From a virus (lineage: Duplodnaviria > Caudoviricetes): DNA of 64,000 nt. Shown here piece after piece: positions 56,116 through 64,000 of the stretch (the stretch's first letter is position 1; each line of letters begins with the position of its first letter). The position numbers and the translations under genes are program-made. Location: positions 1 to 64,000 of the IMG/VR virus record IMGVR_UViG_3300032305_003086; one strand, 5' to 3'. The notes below the pieces were generated by a model. It did no database searches. It had not been told where the DNA came from and saw only the letters and a program-made list of their open reading frames with translations.

Positions 56116-59100
56116 TGTTGAATATAACTGAAAATTCTAAAATTATACAGTACCTTGGTCCACTAGTTGAAATTTCTAGTCTGCCGGGCAATATTTCTAC
56201 TATATTTGGGGTTATAAATGGAAATTATGTTTCTTATAGAAATGATGTTCCTTACAACTCGCTAAATAGTCTTGCTACAGGATCTAGTTATCTAATATTC
56301 AGTTCACAAACGCCTTACCAATTATATTCAGATCCAGATGCATCTGTCTCGGGACAGTCTGTTGTTTTTCAGTATCAATTCGTTTATTATGAAGGGCCTG
56401 ATTTAGATTTACAGACCAATTCATTCATAACAGACAAGGTAAACAAAATATATTCCTGGAAGAACGGAAGTCCAATAGGTTGGATAAATGGCGAATCTCT
56501 AAATTCTCTTAAAACTTTAGCAGGAGGAAATTCTTATCTTTTTATAAATAAAATAGAAAAATTACCATATTTGCTTTGGGGCCAAGTTTCCATTACTCCT
56601 ACTGTAACTAAAACTTTAACAGCAACTCCAACCTTAACATCAACCCCAACATTGACTCCTGTGGCTACTCAAACTAGCACCGTAACATTCACTCCTACTC
56701 AAACCACAACACCAACACTAACAAGCACATCAACAGTAACTCCCACATTAACTACTACAAAAACACAAAAGAGCACGCCTACTATAACTCCAACAAAAAC
56801 ATCCACAAATACACTTACAAACACTCCAACCCAAACAAACACAAACACTCCAACAATTGTTACACCTACACCTACTCAAACTCAAACGCAAACTCCTACA
56901 ATTACCTCTACCAACACGCAAACATCGACTCAAACTCTAACACCAACACAAACACCTACTCCAACATTAACTTCAACTCAAACTTTAACATCCACTCCAA
57001 CTAACACACAAACTTTAACCAGAACTCAAAATACCACCCCTACACTAACATCAACAAAAACTCTAACTCCTACCTACACATTAACACCAACAATAACGTC
57101 CACTACGACATCAACATCTACTCCCACTTTGACTTCCACTTTAACCGCTACTCCTACACTGACATCAACGACAACTTTAACATCTACTCAAACTTCAACT
57201 CCAACTACAACCGCAACAGCAACATTAACTCCAACAATTACCTCTACAAAAACTCAAACTTCTACACCCACACTAACAAGAACAATTACAAATACAAAAA
57301 CCACTACCTCTACACCGACCAATACACCAACAACAACTTCAACAAGTACAAACACTCCTACTATTACACCTACACTAACCAATACATTTACATACGCCGG
57401 TGAGAAATTCATATCTTTACAAAATTCAGATTCAAATTATGTGAATCTAAATGGTGCCGGTACTGATATGTTTCCTTACTCTGGCTTTGTTGGAGGAAAT
57501 AGGGAAGACGGAACAATAAGAAATGTGGTGTTTTTAGTTAATAAAAATGGAACTCTTAGATATAGCCTAACAGCTTCCAGCGAAAGAAATTATGATTTTG
57601 GCATCATCAAGAAAAACGGATCTCCTGTCGATTTGGTCACCGGAGACGACAACATATCAGGAAACATACAAGTAATTATTGGCGACACAATAGAAATATC
57701 ATACCAAAAAGATTCAAGTGATTATTCTGGGGATGACGGTGTTTATTTGGATTATATAGCAGTAAATTATCCAACACCAACCCCAACGCAAACGCTCACT
57801 GCGACTTTTACTTTAACAAGCACTCTCACACAAACCCAGACTCTTACTGCCACACAGACACTGACACCAACACAAACACTTACAAACACACCAACTCAAA
57901 CTGTTACATCTACGCCTACAAGTACAATTACAAGCACTCCTACTCAGACTTTTACTTCAACGCCAACTCAAACCATAACTTCAACACCAACTCAAACTGT
58001 TACATCTACTACTACAAGTACCGTTACAAGCACTCCTACTCAAACTTTAACACCTACTCAAACAACCACATCAACACCAACTTCAACAACAACTTCAACA
58101 GCAACACCAACTACAACTCCTACTATTACACCAACTATTACATTGACTTCAACAACAACAGCAACACAGACTCCGAATACCCAAAACACAATAGACCCTT
58201 CAATATTAGATTACTTTATATTTAATGAAAGCTTGAGAAATGATTATAATCATTATCAACTTTTATATTCAAACAATGATAATTTCAATGATTTTGGTTA
58301 TTTTGAAAAAGCTTTGAATTTAGAGTACTTACTTGTGGGCGGAGGTGGTGGTGGCGGTATGGATATGGGCGGAGGAGGTGGTGGCGGCGGAGTTTTAACC
58401 GGAACAATGACCTTAAATAATTCTATTACCACAACAATCACTGTAGGCTCTGGCGGATGGGGTGCTCCTTCAGGAAATGGTGGATACCGTGGCGATGGAG
58501 TTGGTCCCCAACGAAACACACATCAATTTACAATTGGGGCAACAAATGGAGCGAACTCTTTAGCTCTGGGACTCACCGCTTTTGGCGGAGGTGCTGGTGG
58601 CAGTTCTTATTATGATTATTCGCCCGGAGCCTCAGGATCTAACGGTGGATCAGGCGGTGGCTCCTCAGGTTATAGCAATGGAAGTACAAGAGCAGGCGGG
58701 TTAGGAACATTAGGACAAGGATTCAATGGAGGACAAGGCGGAGGTCAATATTATTCTGGTGGAGGTGGCGGAGCAGGAGGACCTGGTATTAATTCTCCAA
58801 GTAGACCTGATGGTGGACCAGGAAAATTGAGTAGTATTTTAGGATCTACTTTATATTGGGGAGGTGGCGGTGGTGGTTCTGCTTACACTGCTGGAACAGG
58901 AGGAAACGGAGGAATTGGTGGGGGCGGTGGTGGAGCAGTTGGTATTACAATAGGAGGAAATGGTTACAACAATGGCTCTGCTGGTGGTGGCGGAGCAAAT
59001 AATTCTCAAACTAACAAACCAGGAGGAAATGCAGGAGCAAATACTGGTGGTGGTGGGGGAGGTGGTAGTCACTATAATTTCACAAACGCAGGTGGCAATG

Positions 59101-60662
59101 GAGGAAGCGGAATAGTTGTATTATGCTACTATGGACCGCCACTATCTAATATAAGCGCAGGACTAACATATACACTCAATACTACATTTAGACCTGGTTT
59201 CAATTTGTATATTTTCACTTCAGGAACAGGCCAAATTACTTTAAATACTGAACAGCCTGTGATCAGACCAACACCAACGCCAACAGCTACGCCAACAGCT
59301 ACGCCAACAGCCACAGCTACGCCAACAGCCACAGCTACGCCAACAGCCACAGCTACGCCAACAGCCACAGCTACGCCAACAATAACACCAACACAGACGG
59401 TTACGCCAACACTCACCATAACTAATACCCCCATACCAGTTACGCCTACTCCATCAGCTAGTCCAGCAGCAGCTAACAATGGTATTATTATACAATCTAA
59501 TGTTTCTAACACTCCAAGAGCATTAGTTGGTGGTGGAGTAACTTATAACCCAACCTTTATCAATAACGATTATAGACAATATTATAGTCAAATAGTAGAT
59601 CGTTGGAATTATACAATGAGTAATGGAAGATTACCTTATGATAATATATGGAATAACTATTATTTGTTTAATGGCGGTGGAACATATTATTTTAACTTTA
59701 TGATTCCAACAGTACTTACAAAGTATAGATTATGGAATCCTTTCAAAGCAAATATGCCATGTCCCGGATTTGGTGGACCTTATGAAATAAGGTCATCTGT
59801 TACAGGTCTTGGATATAATAGATATTTAGACTTTGGTAATCAAACGCCTCAAGCTTGGAAGATACAAGGAAGTAATGATGATGTTAATTGGGTTGATGTT
59901 GATGTTAGAACAAGTCAAGCAAGATTGCCGTATGCAACTAGCGATATACCGGCTAATAGTGAATACGGAGAGTTTTCTATTTCTTCTCCAACAGCATACA
60001 AGTCGTACAGATTTGTTGTTACAGGAAGAGGAAGAGACGGGTATGGCTGTAGCAAGAGTGGATGTTACTACGATTGGGTATTAGGAGAAATGCAACTTTG
60101 GGGATATGAAAGTCCTTCTTCCACAAGCGCCATTCATGGATATTACTCATGTCTACCCACGGCAAAATATGTAAATGCATCGCAAGGATTTGACACCTCT
60201 TCTTTTAAGAATGCATTTTTCCAATCTGGTGGTTTAGGGGGAGATGATAGAAATAAATGGAATGTATTTGGACAAGGAACACCAAATAGAAGTTGGAATA
60301 ATTATTGGGAAATTCCATACAAAAATATTGGAACAACCGAAACAGGATATTTAGGCTTTGATTACGAAGTTGTAATCAATTCATATTCTCTAAAGTCAGT
60401 GATTGCCCAAGGTGGTGCATTAAATTATCTGTCTTCGTGGGAATTATATGGATCAAATAATTTTTCTTCTTGGAGTTTGTTAGACAGTAGATCTGGCGTT
60501 GGTTCAAATGTTATCTCCACAAATTATAGTTTTAGTAATTCTGTTGGCTACAAATACTATAAATTCATAGCAACAGATGGAACAAGGCGCTGCGATAAGG
60601 ATGGTTGTAGTTGGGGGAATGTAAGAATTTCTGACATACAACTCAAAGGCTATATAACATAA
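56115..60662 (+). CDS. Large fibre/adhesin: Thr/Pro mucin-like tracts, Gly-rich domain and two discoidin (F5/8 type C)-like domains
   Basis: T/P tracts near 56590-57390, 57770-58185 and 59270-59460; LVGGGGGGG...GGSGIV Gly-rich domain; PQAWKIQGSND, WELYGSN and YKYYKF motifs. Confidence 0.85.
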   Translation: MLNITENSKIIQYLGPLVEISSLPGNISTIFGVINGNYVSYRNDVPYNSLNSLATGSSYLIFSSQTPYQLYSDPDASVSGQSVVFQYQFVYYEGPDLDLQTNSFITDKVNKIYSWKNGSPIGWINGESLNSLKTLAGGNSYLFINKIEKLPYLLWGQVSITPTVTKTLTATPTLTSTPTLTPVATQTSTVTFTPTQTTTPTLTSTSTVTPTLTTTKTQKSTPTITPTKTSTNTLTNTPTQTNTNTPTIVTPTPTQTQTQTPTITSTNTQTSTQTLTPTQTPTPTLTSTQTLTSTPTNTQTLTRTQNTTPTLTSTKTLTPTYTLTPTITSTTTSTSTPTLTSTLTATPTLTSTTTLTSTQTSTPTTTATATLTPTITSTKTQTSTPTLTRTITNTKTTTSTPTNTPTTTSTSTNTPTITPTLTNTFTYAGEKFISLQNSDSNYVNLNGAGTDMFPYSGFVGGNREDGTIRNVVFLVNKNGTLRYSLTASSERNYDFGIIKKNGSPVDLVTGDDNISGNIQVIIGDTIEISYQKDSSDYSGDDGVYLDYIAVNYPTPTPTQTLTATFTLTSTLTQTQTLTATQTLTPTQTLTNTPTQTVTSTPTSTITSTPTQTFTSTPTQTITSTPTQTVTSTTTSTVTSTPTQTLTPTQTTTSTPTSTTTSTATPTTTPTITPTITLTSTTTATQTPNTQNTIDPSILDYFIFNESLRNDYNHYQLLYSNNDNFNDFGYFEKALNLEYLLVGGGGGGGMDMGGGGGGGGVLTGTMTLNNSITTTITVGSGGWGAPSGNGGYRGDGVGPQRNTHQFTIGATNGANSLALGLTAFGGGAGGSSYYDYSPGASGSNGGSGGGSSGYSNGSTRAGGLGTLGQGFNGGQGGGQYYSGGGGGAGGPGINSPSRPDGGPGKLSSILGSTLYWGGGGGGSAYTAGTGGNGGIGGGGGGAVGITIGGNGYNNGSAGGGGANNSQTNKPGGNAGANTGGGGGGGSHYNFTNAGGNGGSGIVVLCYYGPPLSNISAGLTYTLNTTFRPGFNLYIFTSGTGQITLNTEQPVIRPTPTPTATPTATPTATATPTATATPTATATPTATATPTITPTQTVTPTLTITNTPIPVTPTPSASPAAANNGIIIQSNVSNTPRALVGGGVTYNPTFINNDYRQYYSQIVDRWNYTMSNGRLPYDNIWNNYYLFNGGGTYYFNFMIPTVLTKYRLWNPFKANMPCPGFGGPYEIRSSVTGLGYNRYLDFGNQTPQAWKIQGSNDDVNWVDVDVRTSQARLPYATSDIPANSEYGEFSISSPTAYKSYRFVVTGRGRDGYGCSKSGCYYDWVLGEMQLWGYESPSSTSAIHGYYSCLPTAKYVNASQGFDTSSFKNAFFQSGGLGGDDRNKWNVFGQGTPNRSWNNYWEIPYKNIGTTETGYLGFDYEVVINSYSLKSVIAQGGALNYLSSWELYGSNNFSSWSLLDSRSGVGSNVISTNYSFSNSVGYKYYKFIATDGTRRCDKDGCSWGNVRISDIQLKGYIT
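59277..59380 (+). repeat. Coding tandem repeat, 12/18-bp units (PTATAT)
   Basis: Repeated acgccaacagccacagct. Confidence 0.85.
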
Positions 60663-60672
60663 AAGGTAAATT

Positions 60673-62022
60673 ATGCCAAGTGAAAGAATATTAATAGGTG
60701 GAGGAACAGGGTACGACAACAGTTCTGTTGAATCTAAATATCGTTCTTATTATCAGTTTAGAACTTATGATATTTATGAGATTGTTGGAAATCCACAGGT
60801 GAGAAATGGAAGTTTACTTGCAACTTATTACAACTCGGACGATACAAGAATAAGCAATACATACACAATACTAACAAATAGACTTTTTACTGGAGTTTTG
60901 CCATATACTGACCCTTATGATAAAAACTATTATTGTCAAACATTAAACTTACCTCCTTTAGTACCCAATTACCTACCTGCTTTATCAACATATAATGCGG
61001 CTAATGAAATATTTTTTACATTTGGACTTCCTGTAACTTTAACAAAATACAGAATATGGAACGGTTTTGCAAACGGAACAAGTGGACAAACTAGTGCTAA
61101 TATGGGATTGGATACTCCAAGATCCTGGGTCTTATATGGAAGTAATGATTATATTAACTGGACGGAAGTAGATTCCAGATCAAATCAGTCACCACTGTCA
61201 TATGCCACTGGCAAACTTTGTAAAGATAGTCCATACTCAGAATACTCAATAACAGCGCCTTCTGCTTACAAAATATATAAACTTTCAGTTACTGTCGGAG
61301 CGTCTAATTCCTCTCTTGCCTTCAATTGTAATAAAAGTGGTTGTAATTATTTTTACGGATGGCAAATAGGAGAATTACAGCTGTGGGGATATGAAAGTCC
61401 AATGTCTTCTTGTAGCTTGCATGGATATGATACTCTGCTTCCTGGAACAAGTGGTTCTATGAGCAAACTATTTGGATTAAAAAACGCCTGTAAAGAAGTG
61501 GGCATCAACGAAGGTTTCTCGGCAGCACCAAATAATGATAATTTTGGTTATTTATCTCGTTCTTGGGAATATTTTAGTGACTGGACTTATTCAAATATTT
61601 ATTACTCTATATTGGATCAAACTAGAGCATTTAGAGCAAATTACTATGGTCCCAATCCAAATGTCGTTATCATTTCATCATCTATTGATATGGGTCAAGC
61701 ATTAACTATCACATCATACAATATGTTGGGAGCATATCTTGATACCGATGGTTGGTATAGAAAAGGAGATGGTTCTCCTAAAAATTGGACGCTCTATGGA
61801 TCAAACAACAACTCAACATGGACAACTATTGACTCAATAACTAATGCTAGTTTGACCTATACAGCTTATTCAAACTATAGCATAGGTTCTCCGGCGTCAT
61901 ATAGATATTACAAGCTAGAAGTCAAAGGAGGAGGGGGCGTACAAACTGGTAATTGCGACAAAGGAGGATGTTGGTATGCCTTGGGACTAAACGACCTTCA
62001 ATTTATAGGAGCCATATCATGA
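60673..62022 (+). CDS. Tandem discoidin (F5/8 type C)-like fibre protein
   Basis: PRSWVLYGSND, PKNWTLYGSN and YRYYKL; paralogous to the C-terminus of the upstream gene (shared GE.QLWGYESP). Confidence 0.8.
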   Translation: MPSERILIGGGTGYDNSSVESKYRSYYQFRTYDIYEIVGNPQVRNGSLLATYYNSDDTRISNTYTILTNRLFTGVLPYTDPYDKNYYCQTLNLPPLVPNYLPALSTYNAANEIFFTFGLPVTLTKYRIWNGFANGTSGQTSANMGLDTPRSWVLYGSNDYINWTEVDSRSNQSPLSYATGKLCKDSPYSEYSITAPSAYKIYKLSVTVGASNSSLAFNCNKSGCNYFYGWQIGELQLWGYESPMSSCSLHGYDTLLPGTSGSMSKLFGLKNACKEVGINEGFSAAPNNDNFGYLSRSWEYFSDWTYSNIYYSILDQTRAFRANYYGPNPNVVIISSSIDMGQALTITSYNMLGAYLDTDGWYRKGDGSPKNWTLYGSNNNSTWTTIDSITNASLTYTAYSNYSIGSPASYRYYKLEVKGGGGVQTGNCDKGGCWYALGLNDLQFIGAIS

Positions 62023-62558
62023 AAGGTGTCTGTGCTTTATTTAATGGAAAGGCTTTGGCTCTTGTGACAAGAAGCGGCAGTCATGCTTTAATGAATCTTA
62101 TGCTTCCAAAAGATCATGTAAAAAGTCAGCCCGAACATCTGAAAGCACAAAGATGGCACCCTATAATGAATCTTCAGGGTCATGATCTAAGACTAGGTTT
62201 GCCGGAATGTGAAGTTTATTGTATGGTTCGGGACCCTATTGAAAGATTCAAAAGTGCTTGTGCAAGAAGAAATAAGACCGTTGAAGAAGGATTATTAGAG
62301 GATGAAGTTCACTTTTGGAGTATAGAAAGCATGGGGCTTTTAAACGATAGTATTAAATACTTCTTATTTCCAGAACAAATAGATGAATGTGCAGATTGGC
62401 TAGGATTACCAACTCCAGTACCAAGAGTAAACGAAGAAAAAGATGAGAAAAAGCCAGTTTTAACCGAAGAACAGCTTGAATTAGTAACCAAACAGTATTA
62501 TAATGATAATGAACTATATAAAAAATTAAAGGAGAATTATTATGGCAAACAATTTTGA
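62019..62558 (+). CDS. Sulfotransferase family 2-like protein
   Basis: TRSGSHAL (degenerate PAPS loop), VRDPIERFKS, HFWS and YYND; ATGA overlap with the upstream gene. Confidence 0.6.
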   Translation: MKGVCALFNGKALALVTRSGSHALMNLMLPKDHVKSQPEHLKAQRWHPIMNLQGHDLRLGLPECEVYCMVRDPIERFKSACARRNKTVEEGLLEDEVHFWSIESMGLLNDSIKYFLFPEQIDECADWLGLPTPVPRVNEEKDEKKPVLTEEQLELVTKQYYNDNELYKKLKENYYGKQF

Positions 62559-63126
62559 TGGTCAGGTGTTATTAGTCCCTAATTTTATAACAGCAGAAGA
62601 GGTACAAGTTCTTAAAGATTGGGCTAATCAAGCTGTAATTGATGGGCAATTTGTTGATGGAGTTACTGGAAACTGGGACACTAAAGAATTCAGCAGAACT
62701 AAGAAAAGACTCACTAATCGTATGAGTCAAAATATTAATTATCCTGAGCTAGTTAAGACTTTGCAAGACCGAATTCGTCAAAGTATTCCGCTAACAACAG
62801 AAGCTCCGGTTATTGAGAACCATGGCAAAGACGGAGTTGTTGTGAGCGTAACCTATAATGATGGAGACGTTTATAAGCACAAAGATCCAGGTGTGGGCGA
62901 AGGCGTGGTCGGTCTAAGGTGTAATATTCTTGCTAGCAAAGCACAAAGCGGTGGTACGGTTCATGTTGAAGATAAAACCTATGATCTAAACGAAGGAGAT
63001 ATGATGTGTTATTTAGTAACAGAACTTTATCATAGTGTTGATGTTTGTCATGGAGATAATCCACGAACGCTATTTATGTTCGGGTTTGTTGTGGATGAGA
63101 ATAGTTGGAAAGATAGCCTTAAATAA
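62542..63126 (+). CDS. 2OG-Fe(II) oxygenase (prolyl 4-hydroxylase-like)
   Basis: VPNFIT, HKD, GG, distal HSV and R. Confidence 0.85.
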   Translation: MANNFDGQVLLVPNFITAEEVQVLKDWANQAVIDGQFVDGVTGNWDTKEFSRTKKRLTNRMSQNINYPELVKTLQDRIRQSIPLTTEAPVIENHGKDGVVVSVTYNDGDVYKHKDPGVGEGVVGLRCNILASKAQSGGTVHVEDKTYDLNEGDMMCYLVTELYHSVDVCHGDNPRTLFMFGFVVDENSWKDSLK

Positions 63127-63241
63127 TTATGAACTACTTATATGTCAATATATTTAAATAACAAAGACGCATATAAATATTTAAAACCCTTACTCATTTC
63201 TAACAAATTATAAATTTAACCTTTTAATACTATTATATTAT

Positions 63242-63598
63242 ATGGCAAATCCAGATTTAAGCAAAATATCTAGCGTGTATGGAAAAACTAGTGGAGTTTT
63301 GGCAAATGGAATTACCACGGTATTGAGCAATGATTCAAACAGTAACCAAATTTATAAGGTCAACGCATTGGTTGTTGCTGGTGATTCTGCGGATGCTTTG
63401 GGTTGCACAATAGATGTGTTTGATGGTGCAAGTGCAAAAACTTACGCAAAAGATATAGTAGTGCCATCAAAAAGCATAGTAGACTTTATTGTAAATAAGC
63501 CAATTTATATTGAAGAAGGAAAATCATTGAGGATAACGCCTCAAACAAACAATAAACTGAATGTGACAGTAAGTTACGAAATTATCATGTCAAATTAA
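63242..63598 (+). CDS. Putative virion structural protein
   Basis: Paralogue of 63607..63957 (KPIYIEEGKSLR...VSYE). Confidence 0.75.
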   Translation: MANPDLSKISSVYGKTSGVLANGITTVLSNDSNSNQIYKVNALVVAGDSADALGCTIDVFDGASAKTYAKDIVVPSKSIVDFIVNKPIYIEEGKSLRITPQTNNKLNVTVSYEIIMSN

Positions 63599-63606
63599 AG
63601 GAAAAA

Positions 63607-63957
63607 ATGACAGCACCAAATTTAAGAAATATAAGCAATATTGTTGGTAAAACAGCACAGATAACAATTGGTTCAACGCCAACAGTTATTTTAAGTAATT
63701 CAGCAGACAGCAACAAAGTTTTTAAAATAAATACTTTGTTGGTAAATGGTCATTCTGTCAATGCCGTTGACGTAACTGTTGATATTTATGACGGAGCAAC
63801 GTCGAGACCTTACGGAACTACCACTATACCTGCTATTGCTGTGGTAGATTTTATAGTGAATAAGCCACTTTATCTTGAAGAAGGAAAAAGTCTAAGATTA
63901 TTAGGAAGCGTAAACAATTTAACAACTGCAACAGTTAGTTACGAGGAAATCAGCTAA
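63607..63957 (+). CDS. Putative virion structural protein
   Basis: Tandem paralogue of 63242..63598; AAGGA RBS. Confidence 0.75.
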   Translation: MTAPNLRNISNIVGKTAQITIGSTPTVILSNSADSNKVFKINTLLVNGHSVNAVDVTVDIYDGATSRPYGTTTIPAIAVVDFIVNKPLYLEEGKSLRLLGSVNNLTTATVSYEEIS

Positions 63958-64000
63958 TGCCAGCGGCTAGTGGTTCCAACAGTGAGGCTGGTGGGGTTTG
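63957..64000 (+). CDS. Partial CDS at the window end
   Basis: ATG in a TAATG overlap, MPAASGSNSEAGGV..., open to the edge. Confidence 0.5.
   Translation, partial: MPAASGSNSEAGGV

Noticed and set aside
60080-61401. Repeated ggagaa...tggggatatgaaagtcc segment as a possible DGR template/variable repeat pair
   Set aside because: Short, both copies are coding, differences are not adenine-specific, and no reverse transcriptase is in the window. Domain duplication explains it.
63127-63241. Intergenic gaps here and at 26108..26219 and 53049..53194 as possible tRNA/ncRNA
   Set aside because: AT-rich, with no cloverleaf, T-loop motif or stable stem visible.
1-64000. Stop-codon reassignment, as seen in some large phages
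   Set aside because: Code 11 gives full-length conserved genes and high coding density; TAA, TAG and TGA all end genes.
1-64000. Bacterial chromosome or extracellular contractile injection system instead of a phage
   Set aside because: Head-tail neck proteins, a gp55-like sigma, gp46/47, RNR and capsid-targeting-like leaders occur without any housekeeping operon.

Overview
AT-rich, densely coding 64-kb segment of a large T4-like (myovirus-type) tailed bacteriophage in the standard genetic code. It holds (i) a rearranged neck/tail module: gp13-, gp14- and gp15-like proteins, tail sheath, two tail-tube paralogues, a gp26/gp51-like pair joined by a probable -1 frameshift, and a gp55-like late sigma factor; (ii) DNA metabolism genes: nrdA/nrdB of apparent class Id, dut, gp46/gp47 and a Holliday-junction resolvase; (iii) about 15 glycosyltransferase genes plus two sulfotransferase-like genes and an SGNH-like gene; (iv) three Thr/Pro-rich mucin-like virion proteins, and discoidin domains with a repeated CxKxGC loop in the fibre operon; and (v) host-interaction genes: McsA-like protein, methionine aminopeptidase, subtilisin, phiEco32-like COOH-NH2 ligase, a class II glutamine amidotransferase with an ATT start, and CAP, Pmp3 and LolA-like proteins. 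The best candidate for a new system is a phage-encoded pathway that glycosylates and sulfates mucin-like virion fibres. Other notable signals are a dispersed family of ORFs with T4-type capsid-targeting N-termini and an ATATATA late-promoter box placed to give leaderless mRNAs. All family calls come from motifs read by eye; no database search was run. No tRNA, rRNA, CRISPR array or IS element was seen.
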